DNA from: Leucoraja erinacea
Taxonomy: Eukaryota
DNA length: 64,000 bases
Direction of reading: 5' to 3'
Assembly: GCF_028641065.1 (NCBI RefSeq)
Contig: NC_073396.1
Span: forward strand, 10,664,001 to 10,728,000
In this document: positions 24,040-35,804 of the stretch, in pieces
How positions within the stretch are numbered: the first letter of the stretch is position 1
Layout: every line of letters begins with the position of its first letter
Notes under the pieces: model-generated
Seen by the model: only the letters and a program-made list of their open reading frames with translations
The model's database searches: none
What the model was told of the DNA's origin: nothing
Made by a program: the position numbers and the translations under genes

Positions 24040-24660
24040 CAGGTCAGTGCTGGGACCCTTGCAGTTTGCTCGATGCATTCGCAGTCTAGATGTGAATATA
24101 GGAGATATGATCAGTAACTTTGCAAATCGGTAAGTGAGCAAAGTGATATGTAGAGAGTGGTGGTGTTGTGGATAGTGAAGAGGGTAGACATTAGATACAG
24201 AATGATGTTGATGCATTAGTAAGGTAGGTAGAGCAATGGCAGATGGAATTTAATCCTGAAGGACTGTAAGGTGATGCATTTTGGAAGGATTAAAAAAGCT
24301 AGATTGTACGCAATTAAGTATTGATGTATTAAGGCATCTTGGTGTACATGTCTGAGGGATGCCTAAATGCTGCAGCACTGGTAAATTGGTTGAAAATTGC
24401 CTTAATAGATATAGGAGCAGGGAGACTGGTGCAACTATATGTAAAATTGGTTAGACTGCAGTACTGGTCACCATACTACATTACATGGTGATTGCATTGA
24501 AGTATATGCAGGGGAGGTTTGTCAGGTTGTTGCCTGCGATAGAATATTTCAGTGGTGAGGAGTGACATGTTAGAATGAGTGTTTTTCTTGGAGGAGCTAA
24601 GACTGAAGGGGGACCTGTTTGAGATGTATAACATTATGAGCAGTGTAGAGAGAATGGAAG
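24040..24660 (+). mobile_element. Old degenerate CR1 RT fragment
   Basis: ggtcagtgctgggaccc (GSVLGP), gatcagtaactttgca (ISKFA), tggcagatggaatttaatcctga (WQMEFNP). Confidence 0.7.
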
Positions 24661-25260
24661 ATCGAATAGTACAGCACTGGACCAGGCCCTTCGGCCCACA
24701 ATGTCTGCACCAAACATGATGCCAAAATAACCTAATCTCATCAGCCAGAAGAGGACTCATTTAGATGAATAAGATTATGATAGGCTGTGGGCCGAGATGC
24801 TTTTTCGTTTAAGTTCATGACCCAAATCGTGTAACTACCTGAATTTTTAACACATTGTGTAAAGATATTATAGAAATCATACCTGAAACTTGTCGAGAAC
24901 AAAACGTGCACATATTTTTAAAATATCAGAAAAACTTGCAATTTCCCGAGTAGTAATTGTCCAATCAATGCACGTTTGCCATTGGTCAATTGGCATCCGA
25001 CGCAAACACGCACTTTGTTTCATGGTAGCTAGGCAGCGAGCACTCTGGGATCATGGCTGCCTCCTAATTACATCAAACCAATAGCAAGGTTTCGAAGGAA
25101 TAAAGGTATTGGTAACCTTGCTGATAATTTTGTTTGACAATTGATTTATCTTTGTAAAGTTATGATGTGAACTGTTAAATAAAAATGATAAATAACAAAT
25201 GTAGAGCTAGGGTTAGGATTCGTGTCAGTCAGAAGTCGGTCATAAGTCAGTCAGTCTGTC

Positions 25261-25454
25261 GGTCGGACTGTTGGTAGGCTGGTGGATGCTGTGAGGGATC
25301 GGTCGGGCTGTCGGTAGGCCGGTGGATGTTGCGAAGGGTCGATCGGGCTGCCGGGCCACCGGTGAGTGCTGCGAGGGGTCGGTCAGGCTGTCGGGCCAGC
25401 GGTGGGTGCTGCGAGTGGTTGATCGGGCTGTCGGACGACCGGTGTTGCAGCGAG
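25261..25454 (+). repeat. 40-bp GC-rich minisatellite, ~5 diverged units
   Basis: Units such as ggtcgggctgtcggtaggccggtggatgttgcgaagggtc start at 25261, 25301, 25341, 25381 and 25421. Confidence 0.85.
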
Positions 25455-26716
25455 CGAGCGAGTTAACTGATGGAGCTGGCGCTATGGGGGGTGCTGAAGG
25501 CACCCACCATCATCACCACGATGATCCAGAAGGGCATGCTGGCCGAGGTGGACGCGCTGATCGGCCACACGTACGGAGCCCGCAGCCGGTCCCAAAGTGG
25601 CTCGAGCTTCAGCAGTGGGCAGCTCTGGAAGGGGGGTGGGTTAGGGTTAGGCATTTTCCTCTCAGTGGAAGATGCCTTGGCCTTCCCCCAGCCTGGCACT
25701 GCCCCAGTCCCACTATGCTCGTGACCCCCACTCTGCACACTGGCAGTCAGTGGGGTTCAGTAAACGGGGGAACCCACAGGAACTGCCCTCACCTATTAGG
25801 CGGGTTCAGGAGCTGGATCTCTGCGGCAGTCTCATTCAAAACACAATTATATTAATTATATTATTTTTATATAATATAATTATATATAATTACAGTCATA
25901 TTCACATCACACACACATACATGCATACATACATATACATACATACAGGGGTGGAAATCCCGGGGGGGGGGGGGGGCGCCTCGGTTTTGAGAGGTGGGGG
26001 ACGATCCCCCCCATTTTTTGTAATCCGGACTTTAAAACCCGGTGAAATCTCCGCTTTCCGCGAGACAGTGGGGGTGGGACTGCTGATCTAGGGCGCCGAT
26101 TGGACGAGAGAGATGTCGGTCAGCAGGCAATGGGGGCGGGACATGATGATTCAGCGTGATGATTGGAGGCGGGAGTTGTCGGTCAGAGGCGTAAGTAGTG
26201 GGGGTGGGACTGAGGGTAGAGCGCGGTGATTGGAGGAGGGAGACGTGGCACAGACCTGCGCCTCATCCGCAGCCAGGATCTATCCCGGTTCTCCGGCGCT
26301 GTCCCGTCCCCACCCAAGTGCCCCCCCCCCCCCACGCCGGGGGTGGCCAGAGACGTCGGGAGTCAGATGGGGACCTGTACCTCCAGGCCCACAGCCAGTG
26401 CAGAGAAGCAGCGCTGAACCCAGCTCAACTCTGCCTGTCCCGCCAGGTTAACCTACAGCTCTACCTGGACTTAAGGGAAATATGGCCCAGGCTTACAGCC
26501 AGCGCGGAGAAGCAGCGCTGGTGTTCCGTCAGTCCAGGCAGGGCTGTAGGTTAACCCAGCGAGACAGGCAGAGTTGAGCTGCATTTAGCGCTGGATTGAG
26601 CCTCCGAAGCCTCGCGTGTGTGAGTGTGCGCGGCCGCCAAGATATTGTGCTGTCCCCCGGTCCCCTCCATATTTTGATACGATTTCCGTGTATATATATA
26701 TATATATATATTTGTA

Positions 26717-26747
<31 letters not shown>

Positions 26748-27009
26748 ATGTGTGTGTATGTGTATATATGAGCATTGAACACTAGACGGTGCTTACTTTT
26801 TCGATCTTATTTTCTAATTAGCTTAATTAATGTTCATCTTTGGGCACTGACAAGTTATGACTTCCTTCTCAATTATATTTTATCTAAATCTGCAAAATTT
26901 CAAGTAGACATGGGTCACGAAAATTAAATTCTAGACACATTTTTGATGCTCGGCCCACACCCTATGAGCAGTGTAGATAGAATAGAACATTCAATCTACA
27001 CTGCCAGGA

Positions 27010-27700
27010 ATAAAGGCGTAGACTATTTTCTAAATGGGGCGAGAATCCAGAAATCGGAGGTGCAAAGTCTAGCATTTATTTCAAGAGAGCTTGTTTACAA
27101 AAACAGGGATGTAATGTTGAGGCTCTATAAGGCGCTGGTAAGGCCGCATTTGGAATATTGCGAGCAATTTTGGGCACCATATCTGAGGAAGGATGTGCTG
27201 GCACTGGAGAGGGTCCAGAGGAGGTTTACAAGAATGATGCCAGGAATGAGTAGGTTAACCTATGATGAGCGTTTGTTGGCACTGGGCCTGTACTTGCTGG
27301 TGTTTAGAAGATTGAGGGGGATCCTCATTGTAACATACAGAATAATGAAAGGCTTAGATAGAGTAGATGTGGAGTGGATGTTTCCACCAGCGGGGGTGTC
27401 TAGAACTAGAGATCATAGCCTCAGAATTAAAGGATGTTCTTTTAGGAAGAAGATGTGGAGAAATGTCTTTAGTCAGAGGGTGGTGAGTCTATGGAATTCT
27501 TTGCCACAGAAGGCTGTGGAGGCCAAATCAGTGGATATTTTTAAGGCAGAGATGGATAGATTCTTGATTTGTACAGGTCGGAGATTATGGATAGAAGGCA
27601 GAGAAATTGGTTTAGGAGGTGTAGATAGATCAGCCATGATTGAATGGAGGAGTAGACTTGATGGGCCGAATGGCATTCTACTATTCCTTATGACCTTATG
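27010..27700 (+). mobile_element. CR1 LINE 3' portion (RT C-terminus + 3' UTR)
   Basis: YKALVRPHLEYCEQFWAPYLRKDVLALERVQRRFTRM...SRTRDHSL; internal deletion near 27066. Confidence 0.9.
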
Positions 27701-27734
27701 ATAGAATAGTTAAGCATAGGAACAGTCCCATCTA

Positions 27735-27951
27735 CAGTGCCCTCCATAATGTTTGGGACAACGAGCCATCATTTATTCATTTGCCTCTGTACTCCACAAT
27801 TTGAGATACGTAATAGAAAAAAATCACGTGGTTAAAGTACACATTGTCAGATTTTATTAAAGGCCATTTCAATTTCAATTTGTGGCGCACTGAGGCAAAT
27901 AAATAAATGATGGGTCATTATGGGTCATAATAAACATTATGGAGGGCACTG
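27735..27951. mobile_element. Tc1-derived MITE (217 bp)
   Basis: TIRs cagtgccctccataatgttt / aaacattatggagggcactg, TA on both sides, and a further internal inverted match (ccatcatttattcatttgcctc / gaggcaaataaataaatgatgg). Confidence 0.88.
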
Positions 27952-27954
27952 TAT

Positions 27955-28640
27955 AACCATGATCCATATTCCTCAATTTTCTGCATACCAATGTACTTGT
28001 CTAAAAGCCTTGTATTCCATTATCGTATCCCCATCCACCATTACTCATGACAGTGTGTTCCACGCACCCACCATTCCCAATGTTTTTAAAAAAAAAACTT
28101 GCTCTGCACTTCTCCTTTATACTTTGGCCATCTTACCTTAAGCTAATGCTCTCTAGTCTTTGATATTTCTACCCTGCAAGAAAAGTTCTGACATTCTACC
28201 CTATCTATGCCTCTCATAACCTTATATACTTCTATTGGGTTTCCCCTCAACCTTCAGCACTCCAGAGAAAACAATGCAAATCAGTCCAACTTCTCCTTGT
28301 AGCCCTCCAATCCAGGCACATTATAGCTAATCTTTTCTGCAGCCTCTCCAAAGCCTCCACATCCTTTCTAGGAACCAGAACAACATGCAGTGCTCCAAAT
28401 TGTGCCTAACCTATGTATTATAGAGTCGCAACACAACTTCCTGACTCTTATACTCAGTGCTCCAACCAATGAAGAAGCTCAAACATGCCTTCTTTAACCA
28501 CTCCATCAACTCGTATTGCAACTCTGTGGGAACTAAAGTCATTTGTCCCAAGAAGCCATGTATATCAAATACTTTCACCTTTCATTCGACCTCCCAAAGA
28601 GCAACACCTGTTCACATTTGCTCAATTTAAACTCCATAGG
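27955..28640 (-). mobile_element. Old CR1 fragment, minus strand
   Basis: accctatctatgcctctcataaccttatatacttc..., aaccagaacaacatgcagtgctccaaattgtgcctaac (reverse complement of the VRPHLEYC.QFW region). Confidence 0.7.
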
Positions 28641-30518
28641 TAGGATAGAGTAGTTAATGTGAAAATATTCCCCTTAATAGAGATTTAAGATGGGGGACAA
28701 GAGTTGTAAAGGGAATTTGAAGAATTCTGCCACCGTCTGGGTGAAAAAAAGATGTCTGGAATATACTTCCTCAGGAGGTGGTAGTCGCAGGTACTCTTGC
28801 AAAAGGGTTAAAGATTACAGTGAACAGACTAGAATGTTGAGTTGATGTTACAGTCAAACCACCCATGAACTTGTGAGTGTGGAGCAGGTTTGATGACCTA
28901 CTCTTGTTCCTGATTTGCATGCCTGTATGTTATTGACTCATCATCCACGGCCTTTTGTATAAAAAATATTTTCCTAGTTCCTGGTTTCCTTTTGAATGGC
29001 TCCTTATGGAAATCATGTGAAAGAGGAAATGTTTTTTTGTCTATCAACCTTTTAATTCATTTTTGAAATCTTCTTGTCAACCTTTGAGATTTAAGAACAT
29101 GTGAAATTGTTTATGTAACCTGCTATGCTATTTAACTCTTGAGGCCTGTACTGCACTCTTAAAAACAAAACTATCTTGGGGAGATTCCCAGAACTGGAAG
29201 CACTATTTCATTTGCAGCACAATGTTCCCAACTGTAGAATGCAATCAAAAATTACAATCCCTCTCCTATGCACTTAGTTTCCTTGATATAAAGAACAATA
29301 TTCCAATTTTAATTAGTAATCTTTTTATGCATTATACTGCCTTTGATTTGCATGTGAAGTGAAATCTCAACTCTTTTCAATAGAATTCACCTGCCTGAAT
29401 CCAAAATGAACTTCATTTATGGCAATTTAGCCTGGTGCGTGATCCATGTTCTCTGCAACTTCCTGCCCCATCTACAAATTTACTGAGCCTCCTTGCTTAG
29501 TGTTCATGTATACTCTACATGTCTGTATACATGGACTACAAATTGATTTGTTCAGTTTATTGTTGCAGATAGTGAAGAATGAGTACAGATATCAAACAAT
29601 CTGGCATCACTGATATTTCTCCATCTGGAATATGTTCCCTCTGCATCCCATCTTCCAGCATATTACATAGGATTACATTCAATGCAAACCAGCTACTTAA
29701 CGCAACAAGTCCATGGCAGCATTTAGGTTGTACTTGAGTTTCCTTAAAATCCCCCATTCTCTTTTTCACATTTGTCCAGCCTGTCCTTAAATACATCAAA
29801 GCTATTCAATGTAAACGTCTTAGACGATTGCCTGCTATTCCACATTCTGTACAGGAATCAATAGCAAGGATGAACAAATATTAAAAGTTCGCCATTTAAG
29901 CAACATTCTTGTCAACTATTTTTCTGATCCCAAATGCAACTGGATTCGTTCTGGATTACCCTTCCATGGTGACTTTCTCTGGTGACCGCTTGCATGGGCC
30001 ACGGAACCGGGGGGGCTGCAGACCCTCCACGTTTTTTGCCGACATATTGCTTCATAACCCGAAATTATCCGGCCTACAAACGTATTTTTCTCTTCTTCTG
30101 AGGACCTCCAACATCCAGAATCTCAGAACAATCGCACAGTGAGCAAGGCAAAACCATGATCAGCCGTGGCAGAAACCGACTGCCCCCCTCCCCACAAAAC
30201 CCTCCCTCAGAACTGCTGTAGATTTGGGAGCAACAGCAGGAGGAGATTAGCAAGAGATCAGACTGATTGGCTCTAGCCCGAGTGGGAGGATAGAAGTGAG
30301 TTGGTGCCGGGAAAACAGTTGAAAACTGAGGATTTGGTTTGTAAATTGGTAAATTGGGCACTATCAGTCAATTTAAGCAAGACTGCTCTTAGGGAGCGGC
30401 AGTGAGTGAGCGGCATAGTGAGGGAGGTGCCCTGTGAGTAAACTGTGAGTCTTTGGCTCGAGAGTCATCAGAGAGGAGACCACGCAATACGCTTGAGAGT
30501 TAGAGACGAAAGAAGGAG

Positions 30519-31446
30519 ATGTCAGGCAAGCTGATTCAGTGCGATGCTTGCAGTATGTGGGAGGTCAAGGACAACGCTGGTGCCTCTGGCTGCTACAAAT
30601 GCGAGAAGTGCATCCAGGTAGAGCTCCTGAAGGACCGTGTTGGGGAACTGGAGAAGCAAGTGGATGACCTCCGGTTCGTCCGAGAAACAGAGTCGTTCCT
30701 CGACAAGTCCTACAGTAAGATTGTTACACCTAAGGTACTGGAAGAGAGAAGGTGGGAGACAGTGAGAAAGGGAGGGAAGCATGGAATGCCAACGTCCCCG
30801 GGTGTTGTACCTCTTGTGAACAGGTTCACCCACTTAGAAGCTGTCGGGACAGAAGACGTGTTTACACTGAGCGGCGGACTGGCTTGCGATGCGAATAGGG
30901 CTGTTGAGCCAAAACCAAAAAGGCCTAAGGCAGGCAAGGCCATTGTAGTGGGAGACTCCATTGTGAGAGGTACGGACAGGGGTTTCTGCGTCAACAGACG
31001 GGATGCGAGGATGATGTGCTGCCTTCCTGGTGCCAGGATCCAGGATGTCACGGGACAGAGTGCAGAAAATCCTCAAGGGCGAAGGTGAACATTCGGAAGT
31101 GGTAGTGCATGTCGGCACAAACGATGTCGGAAAGAAGGGGATGAATATTCTGCAGCTTGACTTTAGAGAGCTCGGAAAAATGCTGAAAAGCAGGACCTCC
31201 AGGGTTGTTATCTCCGGTTTGCTTCCAGTTCCTCGTGCTGGCGAGAGCAGGAACAGGGAGATACGGGACTTGAACGTGTGGCTGAGGAACTGGTGCACGG
31301 GGCAGGGATTTAGATTCTTAGATCACTGGGATCTGTTTTGGGGTAAGGGGGACCTGTACAAAAGGGACGGATTGCATCTTAACAGGTGTGGGACCAGCAT
31401 TCTGGCAGGCAGGTTTGCCACTGCTACACGCGTGGTTTTAAACTGA
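30519..31446 (+). pseudogene. CR1 ORF1 (zinc finger/leucine zipper + SGNH esterase), one frameshift ~31050
   Basis: CDACSMWE...CEKC, coiled coil LKDRVGELEKQVDDL, IVVGDSIVRG, VVVHVGTND, DGLHLN. Confidence 0.9.
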
Positions 31447-31669
31447 ATAAGGGGGGGTGGGGTGTCGAATGGGATAGTGGTGGATGGAGTTAAAGGGAAA
31501 GGGTTTCTTAAATGTGTGAGCGTAGAGACAGAGGGGTGTGGAATGAGGGTAGAAGCAATAGGTAGCAAGGTGAAAAGTAAAAGTGTCAGGCCGGCAAATC
31601 CAGGGCAAAAATCAAAAAGGGCCACTTTTCAGCATAATAGTATAAGGGGTAAGAGTGTTGTAAAAACAA

Positions 31670-34503
31670 GCCTGAAGGCTTTGTGTCTCAATGCAAGGAG
31701 CATTCGTAATAAGGTGGATGAGTTGAATGTGCAGATAGCTATTAATGACTATGATATAGTTGGGATCACGGAAACATGGCTCCAGGGTGACCAAGGCTGG
31801 GAGCTGAACATCCAGGGATATTCAATATTCAGGAGGGATATACGGAAAGGGAAAGGAGGTGGGGTAGCGTTGCTGGTTAGAGAGCAGATTAACGCAATAG
31901 AAAGGAAGGACATTAGCTTTATGGGTAGAGCTGCGAAACACTAAGGGGCAGAAAACGCTAGTGGGAGTTGTGTATAGGCCACCTAACAGTAGTAGTGGAG
32001 TTGGGGATGGCATCAAACAGGAAATTAGAAATGCGTGCAACAAAGGTAAAACAGTTATAATGGGTGATTTCAATCTACATATAGATTGGGTGAATCAAAT
32101 TGGCAAGGGTGCTGAGGAAGAGGATTTCTTGGAATGTATGCGGGATAGTTTTCTAAACCAACATGTAGAGGAACCAACGAGAGAGCAGGCTATTCTAGAC
32201 TGGGTATCGAGTAATGAGGAAGGGTTAGTTAGCAGTCTTGTTGTGCGAGGCCCCTTGGGCAAGAGTGACCATAATATGGTTGAGTTCTTCATTAGGATGG
32301 AGAGTTACATCGTTAATTCAGAAACAAGGGTCCTGAACTTAAAGAAAGGTAACTTTGAGGGTATGAGACGTGAATTGGCCAAGATAGACTGGCGATTGAT
32401 TCTTAATGGGTTGACGGTGGATATGCAATGGAAGGCATTTAAAGACTGCATGGATGACCTACAACAATTGTTCATCCCAGTTTGGCAAAAAAATAAATCA
32501 AGGAAGGTAGTGCATCCGTGGATAACAAGGGAAATCAGGGATAGTATCAAAACAAAAGATGAAGTGTACAAATTAGCCAGAAAAAGCTGCCTACCAGAGG
32601 ACTGGGAGAAATTCAGAGACCAGCAGAGGAGGACAAAGGGCTTAGGAAAGGGAAGGGCTAATTAGGAAAGGGAAAATAGATTATGAAAGAAAACTGGCAG
32701 GGAACATAAAAACTGACTGCAAAAGCTTTTATAGATATGTGAAGAGAAAAAGATTAGTTAAAACAAATGTAGGTCCCTTGCAGTCAGAAACGGGTGAATT
32801 GATCATGGGGAACAAGGACATGGCAGACCAATTGAATAACTACTTTGGTTCTGTCTTCACTAAGGAAGGCATAAATAATCTGCCGGAAATAGCAGGGGAC
32901 CGGGGGTCAAATGAGATGGGGGAACTGAGTGAAATCCAGGTTAGCCGGGAAGTGGTGTTAGGTAAATTTAATGGATTAAAGGCCGATAAATCCCCAGGGC
33001 CAGATAGGCTGCATCCCAGAGTACTTATGGAAGTACCCCCGGAAATAGTGGATGCATTAGTGATAATTTTTCAAAACACTTTAGATTCTGGAGTAGTTCC
33101 TGAGGATTGGAGGGTAGCTAATGTAAACCCCACTTTTTAAAAAGGGAGGGAGAGAGAAAACAGGGAATTACAGACCAGTTAGTCTAACGTCGGTAGTGGG
33201 GAAACTGCTAGAATCAGTTATTAAAGATGGGATAGCAGCACATTTGGCAAGTGGTGAAATCATTGGACAAAGTCAGCATGGATTTATGAAAGGTAAATCA
33301 TGTCTGACGAATCATATAGAATTTTTCGAGGATGTAACTAGTAGAGTGGAAAAGGGAGAACCAGTGGATGTGTTATATCTGGACTTTCAGAAGGCTTTCG
33401 ACAAGGTCCCACATAAGAGATTAGTATACAAACTTAAAGCACACGGTATTGGGGGTTCAGTGTTGATGTGGATAGAGAACTGGTTGGCAGACAGGAAGCA
33501 AAGAGTAGGAGTGAACGGGTCCTTTTCACAATGGCAGGCAGTGACTAGTGGGGTACTGCAAGGCTCAGTTCTGGGACCCCAGCTATTTACGATATATATT
33601 AATGATTTGGACGAGGGAATTGAAGGCAACATCTCCAAGTTTGCGGATGACACGAAGCTGGGGGGCAGTGTTAGCTGTGAGGAGGATGCTAGGAGGCTGC
33701 AAGGTGACTTGGATAGGCTGGGAGAGTGGGCAAATGCATGGCAGATGCAGTATAATGTGGATAAATGTGAGGTTATCCACTTTGGTGGCAAAAACAGGAA
33801 AGTAGATTATTATCTGAATGGTGGCCGATTAGGAAAGGGGGAGATGCAACGAGACCTGGGTGTCATGGTACACCAGTCATTAAAAGTAGGCATGCAGGTG
33901 CAGCAGGCAGTGAAGAAGGCGAATGGTATGTTAGCATTCATAGCAAAAGGATTTGAGTATAGGAGCAGGGAGGTTCTACTGCAGTTGTACAGGGTCTTGG
34001 TGAGACCACACCTGGAGTATTGCGTACAGTTTTGGTCTCCTAATCTGAGGAAAGACATTCTTGCCATAGAGGGAGTACAGAGAAGGTTCACCAGACTGAT
34101 TCCTGGGATGTCAGGACTTTCATATGAAGAAAGACTGGATAGACTCGGTTTGTACTCGCTAGAATTTAGAAGATTGAGGGGGGATCTTATAGAAACTTAC
34201 AAAATTCTTAAGGGGTTGGACAGGCTAGATGCAGGAAGATTGTTCCCGATGTTGGGGATGTCCAGAACAAGGGGTCATAGTTTAAGGATAAGGGGGAAAT
34301 CTTTTAGGACCGAGATGAGGAAAACTTTTTTTCACACACAGAGTGGTGAATCTCTGGAATTCTCTGCCGCAGAAGGTAGTTGAGGCCAGTTCATTGGCTA
34401 TATTTAAGAGGGAGTTAGATGTGGCCCTTGTGGCTAAAGGGATCAGGGGGTATGGAGAGAAGGCAGGAACAGGATACCGAGTTGGATGATCAGCCATGAT
34501 CAT
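31670..34503 (+). pseudogene. CR1 ORF2 (APE endonuclease + reverse transcriptase), several frameshifts
   Basis: LNARSIRNK, GITETWL, GGGVALLV, YRPP, MGDFN, SDHN, KSPGPD, LDFQKAFDKVPH, QGSVLGP, FADDTKL, VRPHLEYC. Breaks near 31920, 32650, 33128 and 34330. Confidence 0.93.
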
Positions 34504-34796
34504 ATTGAATGGCGGTGCAGGCTCGAAGGGCCGAATGGCCTACTCCTGCACCTATTTTCTATGTTTCTCCCCTCCGCTCAATGGCCAATGACAGCGCGGT
34601 TCACAGCGCGGCTCAATGGCCAATGACAGCGCAGTCGAGATACGAGAGAGAGAGAGAGTTTTTTGTTGTTACTCGACCTCCAAAAACTGGGGGGATAATA
34701 TATCCCCCCCACTTTGAGTTGGCGGATGGAATATATCTCCCATTTTCCCCTCTCTCTATCTCTCGGGGCCGACTCTCCCTCTCTCCGGGGGTCTAA

Positions 34797-35275
34797 GCTG
34801 CCCAAATGAAATATGAGGTGCTGTTCCTCCAATATGTGCTGGCCTCCGTCTGACAGTGGAGGAGGCTCAGGACAGAAAAGTCAACATGGGGGGGGGGAGT
34901 TAGTGTTTAGCAACTGGAAGATCAGGTGGGTTTAGACAGACTGAGCGGAGGTGTTCAGCGAAACTATCGCTGAGCCTGCACTTCATCTCACCGATGTAAA
35001 GGAGCCCACACCTGGAACAGCGGATATGGTAAATGAGGTTGGAGGAAGTGCAAGTGAACCTCTGCCCCAAAAAGATTGTTGGGGTCCTAGGACTGAGTCG
35101 AGGGAGGAGGTTTAGGGACAGGTGTTGCATCTCCTACGGTTGCAGGGGAAAGTACCTGGGACGGGTTGGTTTGGGTGGGAAGGGGTCAGTTAACCAGGGA
35201 GTTGTGGTGGGAATAGTCTCGTGGAAAGGGGTGGAGATTGGAAGATGTGGCTAGTGGTGAGATTCCATTGGAGGC
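34797..35275 (-). mobile_element. Penelope-like element fragment with GIY-YIG endonuclease
   Basis: ORF 34900-35130: QRFTCTSSNLIYHIRCSRCGLLYIGEMKCRLSDSFAEHLRSV (GIY-YIG with CxxC), followed downstream by EEQHLIFHLGSL. Confidence 0.88.
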
Positions 35276-35744
35276 GGAGGTTCACATACAATTTTCCAGT
35301 TTTTGGGTGCTACCCTTGAATCTATATTTTTGGAAGGTTGTAGCCATAGTCTGTATTGTTCCTTCCATTCCAACATGAGCCTAGAATGCATCCTATCTCA
35401 ACTGGGTGATGGGTCCTTTTTAAATACAGCTAGCCCATGTAGTACCTCTTTTTATTCATTTTCAGTTGCATCTTCCTTGACAGGAGGTTTTACATTTCCT
35501 TGGTGAATATTGATGTGAAGTACAAAGCATGTCTTGTGTCTCCATAAGCAAATTTATTTTGGTTTATTTTGGCCCCCTCTCTTCTGTTGCAACCCCTTTG
35601 TTATGCATATGTCTGGAATATTTTTGCTTTTTATGTGGAAATAAATTTATTCTGATCTCTTGAGCCATCTGAATATTTTGTTTACCTCTAATTACATTTG
35701 GTAATTGTATACAAAGCAATAACACATTTTATTTATTTCTGTAG

Positions 35745-35804
35745 CACGTTGACGTCGAAAACTCTTTTCTCTGTGGATACCTAAAGATCAAAGGGCTCAC
35801 AGAG
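35745..35804 (+). CDS. GID4: GID4 coding exon 2
   Basis: AG/GT, 60 bp, HVDVENSFLCGYLKIKGLTE. Confidence 0.96.

Larger units (their letters stand above)
30240..34567 (+). mobile_element. Near full-length CR1 LINE in GID4 intron 1
   Basis: 5' UTR, ORF1, ORF2 (APE endonuclease + RT) and 3' tail cctattttctatgtttct. The 5' boundary is approximate. Confidence 0.93.

Noticed and set aside
25261-25454. Regularly spaced repeats as a CRISPR-like array
   Set aside because: Units are contiguous 40-bp diverged tandem copies without unique spacers; the context is eukaryotic and there are no cas genes.
29993-30110. Possible DNA-transposon left end (catgggccacggaaccggggggg) hosting the CR1
   Set aside because: No matching right TIR or TSD found, so the boundaries cannot be supported.
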